In this document: positions 1 through 12,366 of the stretch, one piece after another
Layout: every line of letters begins with the position of its first letter
Numbering within the stretch: the stretch's first letter is position 1
Source of the DNA: Thalia democratica
Lineage: Eukaryota
Direction of reading: 5' to 3'
Assembly (NCBI GenBank): GCA_965202585.1
Contig: OZ241830.1
Span: 21,204,001 to 21,268,000, forward strand
Length of the DNA: 64,000 bases
Notes under the pieces: model-generated
The model's database searches: none
The model's input: the letters and a program-made list of their open reading frames with translations, nothing else
Told to the model about the DNA's origin: nothing
Program-made: the position numbers and the translations under genes

Positions 1-392
1 CTTAAAAGGAGTATTTGTTGCGGAAATAATTAATTTTCATACAGTATATAGTACTGCACCAGACATGTTAAAAAGCTCTGCTTTGTTTACTCGAGCGTGA
101 AATTATTAACTTAAAACAAACCAAATTTTATACGCTTCATTGCTGAATTACCATAGTAATAATTAGCATTTTAACAAGTCTGTACTGCACCTTAATTTTT
201 AAAACTTGTAACTTTTTTAAGAGGTTTTACATATAAAAAACTATTTTATAGTTAAATATATTTTGTTAAATGTGCTACTTTGACAATATTCTATACTTAC
301 ATAGTTACAGTCAGTATTCTACATCAAGTTTAACCAACCAGTTATAAACTTTAATATTAAACAAATGTCTATAAAATAATCATTTAAAACAG

Positions 393-549
393 AGTGCTGA
401 TGGCAGTGATATTCGGAGCGGTTGCAGTCGGTCAGAGTAGTTCGTACCTACCGGACATATCCGAAGCTAAAATCGCCACGAACAGATTGTTTAAGCTAAT
501 TGACAGCGTTCCTTCTATTGACAGCAGCGACAAGAGTGGGAAAACAATT
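393..549 (+). CDS. ABCB1: ABCB exon (last TM helix and linker)
   Basis: AG at 391-392, GTAAGT at 550; [21 protein letters not shown]...GKTI. Confidence 0.9.
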
Positions 550-3500
550 GTAAGTTGATTTAATAAGTTTGATGTATAGTTTATTTTAAGTTCAACTACA
601 ATAAGTGTCAATTAGATATAAATTTGTCCTTTAAACTTTGACATTTTTTTAATTTAAAGAATTACTGCAAGTAAATGATGGTATATAAAAACTTTTAATT
701 TATGTTATTAATGGGAGTAAATATTTGTTTAGAGATTATCTTTCAACCTTGTGTCCTAGTAACGATACAAACAAATATTACTATAGATTGCAACAAAACT
801 TTTTTTTCCTAAAACAAACCATCAAAAAGTGGCTGTAATACGTAGCCCTTGTGAATGTACGACATACCTTGTATAAAGCTATTTCAAAAAAACTTATAAA
901 ACTATAACTTGATTAGACATAAAAATAACATGTAAATTTTTACAACAGTAAAAAATACATTTTAAAATCTTAAAACTTATTTTTTCCTCTTTAATGTTGA
1001 TTTTCGTAACTTCTTTATTAAAGAACAAAAGAACTAACATAAACTTTTGTTATATTCCAGAATATATAATTCTAAACAGTGTTAAGTTAGCTTTTAATTT
1101 AAAAAAACTTGGTGAGCATTATTATTTATTACTGCTCACTAAATGTTAGGACACTCTAAATTTTTCTAAAAGTCGTTTAGTCCCAAAAAACAATAGTATA
1201 GTTTTGGATTATTAACTTTTTTAACTTCAATTATTTAGATGAGTAACGTATAATTAAAAAAATTAAAACAACTTGCATTTAACATACAAAGACACTAAAG
1301 TAGATAATAAAACTAAATCCCAGTAATTTCACTAAATTAAATTATTTAAGCAAATCACATTGAATTGAACATTTTAAAAATGTGTATTTACTTCATGGTT
1401 TGACAACAAAACTTTTTAAAATCTATGTATTTTCATTTAAATATAATTTACTAATTGCTTCAAAGATTTTCATCGTTTTGCAGTGTGCATAGTAAATTGT
1501 TAATAGTAAATTTATGCTAGCTAAACTTTATATTATTATTTTTTACATAAAAAGTAAGATGTTTAATGTTAATTTTTATCTAATCTATGCAATTCACTAA
1601 AATTTGCTAAGAAATGTATACAAACAGCTTTTTAAACATGGTAAAATAGGCTATATGTCTGTTTTAGAAAATTTATTCCGTTCAATTGCATTTTTTGTTT
1701 TATATATATTACAGCAGTATGAAAACATACATATTTTGCACATGTTTATTTTAAGCCTGTTTATGAAGCATGTATAAATTCAATGTGAAACTCATAACTT
1801 TATTGAAACGACACAGGAGACAACTGAAGGGAAGGTTGACTACGAGTCGATAGAGTTCAGTTATCCGACGCGTCCCGATGTGAAGGTTTTGAAGGGGTTG
1901 AACGCGAACATCAAACCCGGCCACACGGTGGCGTTTGTCGGTCAATCGGGGTGCGGAAAGTCGACCTGCGTACAGTTACTCGAGAGGTTCTACGACCCGC
2001 TGAAGGGCAGAGTTGTTAGTTTGAAGATATTTTTTTTTGATGTCGGCAAATATTTAAAGTCTTTGGTTAAGTTTAAAAGAGGTTGTAAGTACTAAAACTG
2101 TTTATTAAGTTTTAACAACTGTTTAAACTTAAAAAAAAAGAAAGCTATGATAATTAAAATAACAACGTTTTAAGTATGATTTTACTCGAAGCTTATGTTT
2201 TGAAAAACATTTTTTTAGAAACTTTTTTATATCTTAAGTATATTAGATTAAAAGCGATAAAAACAAATCTATCAAAGAAACAAAAACAACTCAAGTACTT
2301 TTAGTGTTCATGTTATATAGCAAAAGGTATATCGTTTTTGTAAAAACTTTTGGATACAATGCTTAATTTTATTTTAAATACTATGAAGTTTGAAAAAAAA
2401 AACTTAAGTCCTTGACAAGACGTTTAAAATGATTCTCGTGAACCAAGTCCAAGGACCAAATATTATGAGCGTATTTTTGTCATTCGACAATTTATAAATT
2501 ACATAAGCTTAAAACTTTACCGAGTTTAATTCACGTTTGATTAAACAATAAAAAACAGTTAACACTTTATGACTTACAATAAAAATTTTCAGATGTTGTC
2601 CGATGAGGATCTGACGACGATGCAGGTGAGCAACCTGCGCAGCCACATGGGGATCGTGTCCCAGGAACCCATACTGTTCGACACCACCATAGCGGGAAAC
2701 ATCAGGTACGGGGACAACGGCAGGGTGGCGTCGATGGAAGAAGTGGTCAAGTGCGCCAAGGACGCCAACATACACGACTTCGTTAACGGGCTACCCGAGG
2801 TTTGATATTATTTTCTGTTGTATACTAATTATTACAAAAGAAAGCACTCTGTTATAAGTTTTGTAAAAAATGTTCAAATTCATATTGAGCTCTGTTAGTA
2901 GATATTTTTTTTTTCAAGAGACAGTGTTGTGCACGGTTGTTTAACTTAATGTTGAAATTAGTCGTCCAAAACAGCAAATACTAAGTAGAAACTTATTATG
3001 AAGCCTTAAAAAGACTTTAAAGATTAAATGTTGTTCAGGGATACGAAACGAACGTGGGATCGAAAGGTGCTCAGCTGTCAGGAGGTCAGAAACAGAGAAT
3101 CGCAATTGCCAGGGCTCTGCTCAGAAATCCGAAAGTTCTGTTGCTTGATGAAGCCACCTCTGCCTTAGATACCGAAAGTGAAAAGGTAATAACTTGTCAA
3201 CATTATATTTAGTTAAGTTTCTCGTTGACTGTCTATAATATATATATACATCTATATTAGGGGTGGGCAACGTACGGCCCGCGGGCCGGATCCGGCCCGT
3301 GAAGTGAAAATAACCGGCCCCCAAACCTTTTTTAAATTTAAATGGAATCCGGCCCGCGGAAAAAATTGATCCAATATAAATATTACAAAATTTGTACAAA
3401 ACCTTTTTAGAATTAATTTAATAATACAAAAATGTAAGACTTTGACCCTGAAAAAGTTTGTAAAATTGGTTTTTTATTTGTGTGGTGATAAAAACACTTT

Positions 3501-5425
3501 TTTGTTTAAGTATCTTTTTCTGTTTCAAGTCAGTTGAAGCAATCCTTTCTCAAATTATCTAAAAACAATTGTTTGCTAAACTAACTTTGATGATCTTACC
3601 TACCATGATAATTTTCATAAAAAATGGACATGTTAAAAATTGCTGTCTTTTTTAACCAAGATTATTTTAAGTCCAAAAAACCCAGATGTGTAGTGAGTTG
3701 TTTTTTATACTTGTTTAGAAAAGTAAAAAAAGATTTTTAAACATTGACAATTATTTAAAGTAAAACTGCTCAAAATTAAATTTTAGTAAATTTTTTTAAG
3801 TTGAGACTAAAAACTGCACTCTTTTCTGCTATTATTTTTTTTTTTTATTAATGACTTTTTGATTAATTTTATGGTTAAGTTTAGTGATGACCAATTGATG
3901 ACAATAGTTTCACTTGATAATGAGTTTGGTCGTCGTTTCGCAGACTTTCAACAACTAATAGAAGAATTTGATATTGTGTCTTCATAGTTGACGTTTGACA
4001 CCGAAAATGCACCTAGTAATATACAGTTACAACTGCTAAACTTCAATGTGACAGTACACTAAAAAAAAGTTCAAACCTTAAATTTTAACAGATTTTATGC
4101 CCTACGTAACAAGTCAAAGTTTGTTAATTTAAAAAAGATGGCAATGAAGTTACTTGTTTTGTTTAGGTCTATATAAACTAAGTGTTTCATCAAGATATTT
4201 TAATTTTATTTTTTCGCTTTTTATGGTAAAACTGTTTATTATATCAAAATTATTTGTTGTTTTGTTTCTTTTATACGTGCAAAAATCTGTAATGAATCTT
4301 AAGTAGTTTGTTTAAATTTAAAGGTATTAGTTTTATTTTGTAATAGTATTTGATAGTTAACTTCTGAATAATATTATTAATGAAAACTCCAGCCAAGAAT
4401 TGCCAAAATTATATAATTTCGAATAGTTAACAATCTTTTAATGTTTTAGCTTGAAATATTAGGCTCAGGTATTTTTTAGTAAGTAAGTTATTGTTTTTAT
4501 AAGACTAACTAGTACTAATTCGATCCAGAGCTATAATAAATATATAGTTATGAATACTTCATAAAAATTAAAACAAAATTTTATACTTGAGAACCTTGGT
4601 AATTATTACATTGATTCAAAATTCTGATATACACGATAAATTAGCACCCAGCCGGATCCAAATCTTTTTCAAATAAGCTTACATTCGGATCCGGATCTTT
4701 GTCTAAAATTAGTATATAGCCGGTTCCGGATAATATTTACAAATTAGGATCCAGCTGAATCCGGTAGATCGCTAACTCGAAATACTCCGGCCCGCTGAGG
4801 ACTTTTTTTTTTGGATCCGGCCCGTCAACTATTTACGTTGCCCACCCCTAATCTATATATACATATATATGTATAAAATAAAAATCAATAAATCAAAAAA
4901 AATTTCTTAAAGAAAATGTAATAAAAGAGATAATAACCTATTACTAAAAGCATATAACTTAATTTTCGAACTTATAAAAAGTGAGAATTTAGTATAGTAA
5001 ATGTTTTTCAATAGATATACAAAGATTACCTTACTGATTACTTATTGTCTATAAAAGCTTTGATAGTTTTTTGTATTGAACTACTGAAAACTTAAAACAG
5101 TCCCATTGACTGTTGTAATACTTTAAGTTCTTAACTTTAAACCACTAATTTGGCAATTCATTTAAATAATAGCAAATGTAATCTAATCGCTAGCTGGCAT
5201 ACCGAAACTACTATTTTACTCAAACAGATCGTGCAAGCGGCCATCGATCGAGCAACGGAGGGAAGGACGTGCATCGTCATCGCGCACCGGTTGTCCACCA
5301 TTCGCAACAGTGACGTCATAATGGTGATTGAGAACGGGGTGGTAGTGGAAAGCGGAAGTCACGACAAGTTGCTTGAACTGAAGGGAAGCTACTTCTCACT
5401 GGTCAACGCGCAACTGAATCACTGA
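393..5425 (+). CDS. ABCB1: ABCB1/MDR1 (P-glycoprotein)-like transporter, 3' part: join(393..549,1817..2014,2593..2799,3039..3185,5228..5425); 5' exons lie left of the window
   Basis: Spliced translation gives last TM helix ([14 protein letters not shown]), Walker [11 protein letters not shown]-loop VSQEPILF, signature LSGGQ, Walker B/D-loop [12 protein letters not shown]-loop AHRLSTI, stop TGA. All introns GT-AG with matching phases. Exon sizes 157/198/207/147 match those I recall for human ABCB1 exons 24-27. The symbol is family-level; ABCB1 vs ABCB4/5 orthology is not resolved. Confidence 0.93.
1817..2014 (+). CDS. ABCB1: ABCB exon (NBD2 Walker A)
   Basis: CAG acceptor, GTTAGT donor; [10 protein letters not shown]...GQSGCGKST...RFYDP. 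Confidence 0.93.
2593..2799 (+). CDS. ABCB1: ABCB exon (NBD2 Q-loop)
   Basis: TTTCAG acceptor, GTTTGA donor; [16 protein letters not shown]...[12 protein letters not shown]. Confidence 0.93.
3039..3185 (+). CDS. ABCB1: ABCB exon (signature, Walker B); not in the ORF track
   Basis: [49 protein letters not shown], then GTAATA. Confidence 0.95.
3258..4850 (+). mobile_element. Non-autonomous hAT (Charlie/Spin-like) DNA transposon in the last ABCB intron
   Basis: TIRs TAGGGGTGGGCAACGTA / TACGTTGCCCACCCCTA; perfect 8-bp TSD ATCTATAT (3250-3257, 4851-4858); GGCCCG-rich subterminal motifs. Confidence 0.92.
3885..4175 (+). pseudogene. Decayed hAT transposase C-terminal (dimerisation region) fragment
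   Basis: Reads [10 protein letters not shown]...[20 protein letters not shown]...[11 protein letters not shown] with a stop and frameshifts; resembles the C-terminus of GTF2IRD2/Spin-type transposases. Confidence 0.6.
5228..5425 (+). CDS. ABCB1: ABCB terminal exon (H-loop)
   Basis: CAAACAG acceptor; [25 protein letters not shown]...NAQLNH*. Confidence 0.95.
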   Translation: MVQAAIDRATEGRTCIVIAHRLSTIRNSDVIMVIENGVVVESGSHDKLLELKGSYFSLVNAQLNH

Positions 5426-7234
5426 TGATAAATTAATATATGTTTGACTGTAGTAGAGAAGAAAATAATTAGTCTGAGTTTATATTTTAATTGTAGATCT
5501 AATGAATCCTTTGGAAGGATATGTTACTTTGTTTTATTTATTCTAGTACTGTGTCAAAGTTTGTCTCTTCAGCGAAAAAAAGTAGTTTGTGGTTTAAGTT
5601 TTAGCTTATTTTATTTATTCTTCATCAAGGTTTACTGTAAAGACACGTTTCATTCTTTGATCAACATAAAATAATTCAACAACTTTTTTTATCATCTTAA
5701 AAGTAATGTAACAATGTATGATCTATTTGAAAACTTTTAAAGTTCCTTCTTCACTTATTTAATCTTAGATTTTTCATGACAGTTTACTGAAGTTGTGCCA
5801 ATATTTTCAACACAAAATGACTTTATAGCTTTATATTAAGTTAATTTTTGTTAGAAACCGTTTTTTTGTGTTAAATGTGATGCAGTCTCCAAATTTAATT
5901 GATTAATTTATTTAGTTGTTTCTGCAGTGTTACAAACTTTTTTAAGCTGACACGAATTTCTTTAATACTTTTGTCGCACAAACAGAAATCATCTAAAATA
6001 TATTTGTTTAAAGATCGTTTGTATGTGGTATTTACAGCTAACTTTGATTTAGGAAACTAAAAAAACCTTCAACATATTCTTTCCGCGTAATAATTATTTA
6101 ACGTTTATATACGTCTTTAAATCATAAAAGTTAAACAACTTTCTTTATAATAAAAGCTGTGTTCTTGTACTTAAGTCTATTTACTGAGTAGAAGACAACA
6201 TTTATGAAATAGAAAGCACTTTACTTAATTTCAAAAACTTAAATCAATTTAAAGATTAATTACTTCAAATAAACAGTGTAAAAGTGTAGATTGTGTGTAC
6301 AAGTCGTATGAAAACATTAACTATTATAAGTATAATTATTTTAAAAAAACTTTGTCAAAATGTACATTTGTTTTCAATTTTTCACGGTTTTATACTACTA
6401 ATATATCAATTTAGGTTCGGACAATGTTTTTTGTGCAAAATTCTCAAACGGGCGGGATTTGTTCAAAATTGTGGTTTATAAAATTAAACTATAAAGAAAA
6501 ACTCAATAAGTCTTAATTATAATGAAATAATCATTTTATGAATACAACGGTATACTTAATATCAAATAAAAACATACTTCCGAATATTTTGATTAATTTT
6601 TTTTTTCTTGGTTTTAAGCAAGTTGACTTATGCTAAGAAATACATCGCGGACCAGACACTTTTGCTTGGCAGACCAGCCCTTAAACGGACTAAGATTAAT
6701 GCCTAATTGTCGGTTTTGAAATCAGTTTACTAAAGTAAGAAAAATTGCATTGTTTGAAAAACATCGTAAGTAAGTAAAGTTAAGTAAGTTTGTGTAGGCT
6801 AGTTTATTTTTTACAATTTTTGTAAAAGTAGTTGTAGAACTTTCGTGTGATAACTTAAAATAAAAATGTTTAGGTTTTTAAATTATAAGATTTTTATAAG
6901 GATTTCAAAAAAAAGTTGTTTTGACTCGTTTTAAAAACTTTGATACGTTGATCAAGGATCAAAAAGACAAAGAAATATCGATTTAGCCCAACAGCTTTAT
7001 ATAACTTCTTTTAATACTGATGTTTTATAATTGTTTGGCGGCTACTTGTCTGCATTATAAGCTTGCGACGGTATTAATCAATAATAGTTTTATCTCAATA
7101 TAAAAGAAGTTTTTTGACTACCAAAAATTGTTATCTAATGATAATATACACTGTTTTCAAAAAATAAAAAGTTTAAAGAAACAAGGTCGGTTGTGTTGAT
7201 TATTTGCTATAGTAATATCTAAAAACGGTATACT

Positions 7235-7844
7235 ATCAAAATCCACCCGCGTTCAAAATCCACCCGATCAAAATCCACCCGCATTCAAAATCCACCCGAT
7301 CAAAATCCACCCGGTTCAAAATCCACCCGATCAAAATCCACCCGGGTCAAAATCCACCCGATCAAAATCCACCCGAGTCAAAATCTACCCGATCAAAATC
7401 AACCCGAGTCAAAATCCACCCGATCAAAATCAACCCGGTTCAAAATCCATCCGATCAAAATCCACCCGATCAAAATCCACCCGAGTTAAAATCCACCCGA
7501 GTCAAAATCCACCCGATTAAAATCCACCCGGTTCAAAATCCACCCGATCAAAATCAACCCGACTCTAAATCCACCCGTTTCAAAATCCACCCGATCAAAA
7601 TCCACCCGGTTCAAAATCCACCCGATCAAAATCAACCCAACTCTAAATCCACCCGTTTCAAAATCCACCCGATCAAAATCCACCCGGTTTAAAATCCACC
7701 CGATCAAAATCAACCCGAGTCAAAATCCACCCGATCAAAATCCACCCGAGTCAAAATCCACCCGATCAAAATTCATCCGAGTTAAAATCAACCCGAGTCA
7801 AAATCCTACCGACACAAAATCAACCAAAGTCAAAATCCAACCGA
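7235..7844 (+). repeat. 15-16 bp minisatellite, unit (N)TCAAAATCCACCCG, roughly 39 units
   Basis: Alternating ATCAAAATCCACCCG and GTTC/AGTC variants, decaying at the inner end. Confidence 0.97.
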
Positions 7845-8484
7845 ATCGAAACAAGCACCTTGTTTATTTATTTCTTTTTAAATCAAGTATCATTTAAACA
7901 AATCTCACCACTCTAAAGTACCAATCTTAAACAAGTATTATTTAAAAAACACTTATAAAATCTTGTATTTTTGTCCCTTATAAATTGACTTAAGAATATA
8001 AAAACTGTACTACAGATTGAACTTATTTTGTGAGGTTTTTTGAGTTGTTATTTGGTATTTTTGCTTATTATAAGGAATTTTTGACAAAAATATTTTTGTT
8101 TTTTTGATTACTGAATATAATTTTGAATAGCTACAGCCGGCAAGCAGTTTTTAAAGGTACTGTTGTTTTTGATATAAGTATAACTATAAGAGCTAATAAA
8201 AGTTTAACAACGTCAGGATAAATAAATTAAAGTTTTACTATACAAATATTATTATGTTAAAACTTTTAGAAAACTAAAGGATGTGCCAGAAAAAATAATC
8301 TTGTATTATCTCAATCACAGTTACACGACAATCAATTATAATTTACTGTTTCTAGGTATAAAATTTAATAATTTAGAACTTTTAAGTAATTTTTAAACAA
8401 ATACGTCACACGATATAATTTTTATAAAAACTGAGTATTACAAGTGAAAGCTACCATTTATACTAAAAATTAATCCATTTAATT

Positions 8485-9363
8485 TAGGGGTCAGCAAACT
8501 GCGGCCCTCGAAGTGTAAATATGTGGCCCTCGAGCATGTAAATTTGGTCAATTAAACAAAACAAAATTGAAATTGAAATTTTCAAAAAAGAAAAAGAAAT
8601 TATAATAGTTTGTTTTTAAGTTTCTAAATATCATTTAAAAATCATTTATTATGCTTAAGCCTTAGATGTGAAAAAAGACAGATAGTAAATCTAGAAGTTT
8701 TTCTTTAAAGTTTAGACTTTACTTTTCCTTTTAAACAACAAAAGCTTACGTACTTGGATAATTTATTATATAATATTGCAAAGTTTTTTTAATTGGCAAT
8801 TTTACATGTTTTTAACTTTTAAAAACACGGTGACTGGGTTGAAGTAACTGTTGTACTTTTTTTGTTTCAAAAAGTTGCAACCCGAAAAACTTTAGATAAA
8901 TTATTAAGGTATTTAAAGGTTTTAAAAGAAAAACTTACACTGTTTAAAATGAAAGTATTAATATTTGTTTATATTTTAACTAGTTTAACAAAATCACTAA
9001 AATTTTAAATACGTGATATGCTGTGCATTAAATAGAAAAAGATTTTTTTTAACTACTAAAAAGAAAATACAAATAAAATAATAGAAATTGATTATAAAAA
9101 GTGTACATAATGATCTACACCTGTTTTTAATGATCTACACCTTGTAAATAATGATAGAAATAATAATATGACACAAGTTTTTAAAAAAAATAGTTTTCGA
9201 CTTTAGAAAAAAATATACATTTTAAATATGCCAGGTCTGATCCCTTTAAGTAGATAAACGTGACTAAAACAGATTAAAAACAAAAATTGAATAAAACAAC
9301 GGCTCGCGGAAAAAATTGAAACATGAAATTTGGCCCGAGATAAACAATTGTCTGCCGACTCTG
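8485..9363 (+). mobile_element. Old hAT MITE nested in the Foldback-like element
   Basis: Ends TAGGGGTCAGCAAAC / GTCTGCCGACTCTG; GGCCC subterminal motifs; degraded TSD ATTTAATT/ATTAAATC. Confidence 0.6.
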
Positions 9364-11848
9364 ATTAAATCCAACTGCATCTTCGTTACTTTTAATTACA
9401 AAAAAGTAAAAGGCAAACGTTTAAAATTCATTTAGTTTGTGTTTTTTTGTTATAATTTTTTTATGTCAAAGGTCTTAACAAGATATTTATCTATAAAAGT
9501 TCTCTTTGTTAAGAAAAGGTCACTAATTTACTTTAGATAGTTACCTTTACTGTATTGCCATTTAAAGATTTTTCAATATTAACTTTCAATTAAATATTTA
9601 TTAATTTTCGGTTTTATTTGTTAGACAAAATTTTCACGCTTTTAAAGTTAATTTGTCTACTAAACAATTTGTTATAACAATAGTTGTCTTTACCGTTTAA
9701 ATTCGTTATAACCAATATAAAATTTTGTTTAATTTTAATATTGTTTCATTTTTTATTAAATTACTTAAAATTTCTTAAGTTTTAACAAATGGACTTTTTT
9801 TATATGAAGATTATATTTAAAAAAAATAGTGGTAAATAATAACATTTTCATTTCTATGAATTAAAAAATATCAATTAACAATATAATATTGAACAGTAAA
9901 TAATAATTTATCTTACTTAATTACAATTTCTATGCAACTTTATATTTATAAAAAAAACATAAAACGTTTACAACTAATTAATTAAAAACATGCAGTTATA
10001 GCTTTTAACTTAAATTGTCGGAAATTAATTCAAGAAAATTTATCGCATGTAAATTAAAAGTTTTAGATTAGACAATTTTAAATTTAAAATTTAAACGTTA
10101 ACCAAAGGAGATTAAATTTTATAAAACCACTTAATTAATCACTTTCAAAACTGGCCTTAACCTATTAATAAAATTAATAATACGATTGTTTAAGTTGATA
10201 CAGTCTGGTACAAAAATTCATAAAAATAACTTATACTTGAATTTAAACTCTCTTGTCTGAAATACATACTTTTTTTAATGAACCTATGTAAAAATAGAAC
10301 ATTTTAATAATAAATTAAAAATGTTAAAAGTTTTTTTTTCGTAATATTTGTTATAATTATAGTGTCATTTTAAAAAAACTCATCTTATTTGTTTACTACT
10401 ACAATTCTAAAGTATATAATTTCCCTAGCTCAAGTCTAACTACTAACTTTTTTAGTTGCAATTTACAAGCTATTTGAACAAACTCAATGAATTGTAGAGT
10501 CGATATTTGTTTTATGTAAAGGACTTTAAAATTCATAGGAAAATGTTTAGCTTTTTAATTTGTACTATTAGTTAAAAACTAGCAAATTAAGTTGTTATCT
10601 AATTAAAAATAACTTATAACTTTAGTTACTTTAGACGAAAATATTTTTAGTTTTTTCAAAAATAGGTGGTTTATAAAAAAAACATTTAATAAAATAAAAT
10701 TCAATTAACTTAAACACTTTGAAAAAAAGATAATAGCAGCTAAAATTATTGTATAAATTAAAAAAAAATAACTAAAAAATATTTGTAACAAAAATTAGAT
10801 AGAAAACAATGAAATTGTTTTAAAACAGTTATTGATTTCTTACATATTCCTCATTTATATTTTTAGTAAATTAGTTTTCGTATTTTTATATTAAAACTTA
10901 TGTTCTGTTTTTAAAAATTACTAATAAAAGAAACGTCAATAAATTGTTTACTAAACGACAAATAAAAGCGCTCAAAATATTTGGTCCTAAGTCCTCTTGC
11001 ACGAACATACCTTAAAGTTATCGAGTCGCACACCAAAAATATCTTTTAACGTCTTTTCCACGTCGAAAACAATAATTTTTAAAATATAATTAATAGGTGA
11101 TAGTTTTTCTAAATTTAACAAAGGATTTTTATTTTATTATCACGTAGCAATTTTATATTATTCTTTATCTATATTTTATTTTTTATAAACACTGTTAGTT
11201 GAAATTTTTTGTATAATAAAATATTGTATGTAATACTATTTTGAAATTTAAGTAAAGCACAAAACACAAAACTTTTTACATCAAAAAAAAAAAGCTCAAA
11301 AATTTTATATTAATATTTTAATTTTCTTTTTGTAACATTTAATTAACATTTTCCATAAATTTACATTATTTGGTATTTGATTTTTGTAATTTTCTTTAGC
11401 TTAATAAATGTTATTAAAGATTCTTCTAATTTATAAACTTCTATAGTTTGATATTTTAATTTACTATGAGTTATCCTTAGTAAATATTTTTATTTAATTA
11501 TGATTGACTTTGGGAAATTAAATTAGAAGGAAGTTTAAATGGATTGAAACTGAGCGTAATTCTTTTTTTATTTTTTTTTAACTTCTTTTTTTAAAAGTAA
11601 CACCAACACTACTAACATTAATAAATTATAAACATTTTAAATACTTGTAAAGCTACTATGAATTTTTTTTTTAATGCTGTTTAATTATATTGTTTAACTT
11701 ATTTTTTTAACTATTTTATTAAATAAATTAAAATTTCTTTCTTTATAAATACTTACTCTTTTTTATACCAATAGTTGTTTAAACATATAACTTTATTCAA
11801 TATTACAAAATTCTATTAGAAATTAATTCTTATTTCGAAAAAAAATGA

Positions 11849-12366
11849 ACTCGGGTTGATTTTGATCGGGTGGATTTTGAACCGGGTGGATTTTGAACCG
11901 AGTGGAATTTGATCGGGTGGATTTTGACTCGGGTTGATTTTGATCGGGTTGATTTTAATCGGGTGGATTTTGAACCGGGTTGATTTTGATCGGGTGGATT
12001 TTGAACCGGGTTGATTTTGAACGGGTGGATTTTGACTCGGGTGGATTTTGACTCGGGTTGATTTTGATCGGGTTGATTTTAATCGGGTGGATTTTGAACC
12101 GGGTTGATTTTGAACGGGTGGATTTTGACTCGGGTGGATTTTGACTCGGATGGATTTTGATCGGGTGGATTTTGACCCGGGTGGATTTTGATCGGGTGGA
12201 TTTTGAACCGGGTAGATTTTGATCGGGTGGATTTTGACCCGGGTGGATTTTGATTGGGTGGATTTTGACTCGGGTGGATTTTGATCGGGTGGATTTTGAT
12301 CGGGTGGATTTTGATCGGGTGGATTTTGATCGCGGGTGGATTTTGATTGCGGGTGGATTTTGAACG
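11849..12366 (-). repeat. Reverse-complement array of the same minisatellite, roughly 33 units
   Basis: CGGGTGGATTTTGAT units; CCCGC-type variants at the outer end mirror the left array. Confidence 0.97.

Noticed and set aside
3121-3399. Minus-strand ORF and other antisense or AT-rich ORFs in the track (1751, 2509, 5444, 6293, 13165, 20878, 21571, 24750, 27489, 32402, 40664, 44103, 51228, 58727, 63610)
   Set aside because: Shadows of real exons, transposon ends or low-complexity AT-rich sequence; no recognisable domains.
7235-12366. Regular short repeats read as a CRISPR array or telomeric repeat
   Set aside because: No unique spacers, no cas genes, eukaryotic context; the unit is not a telomere motif.
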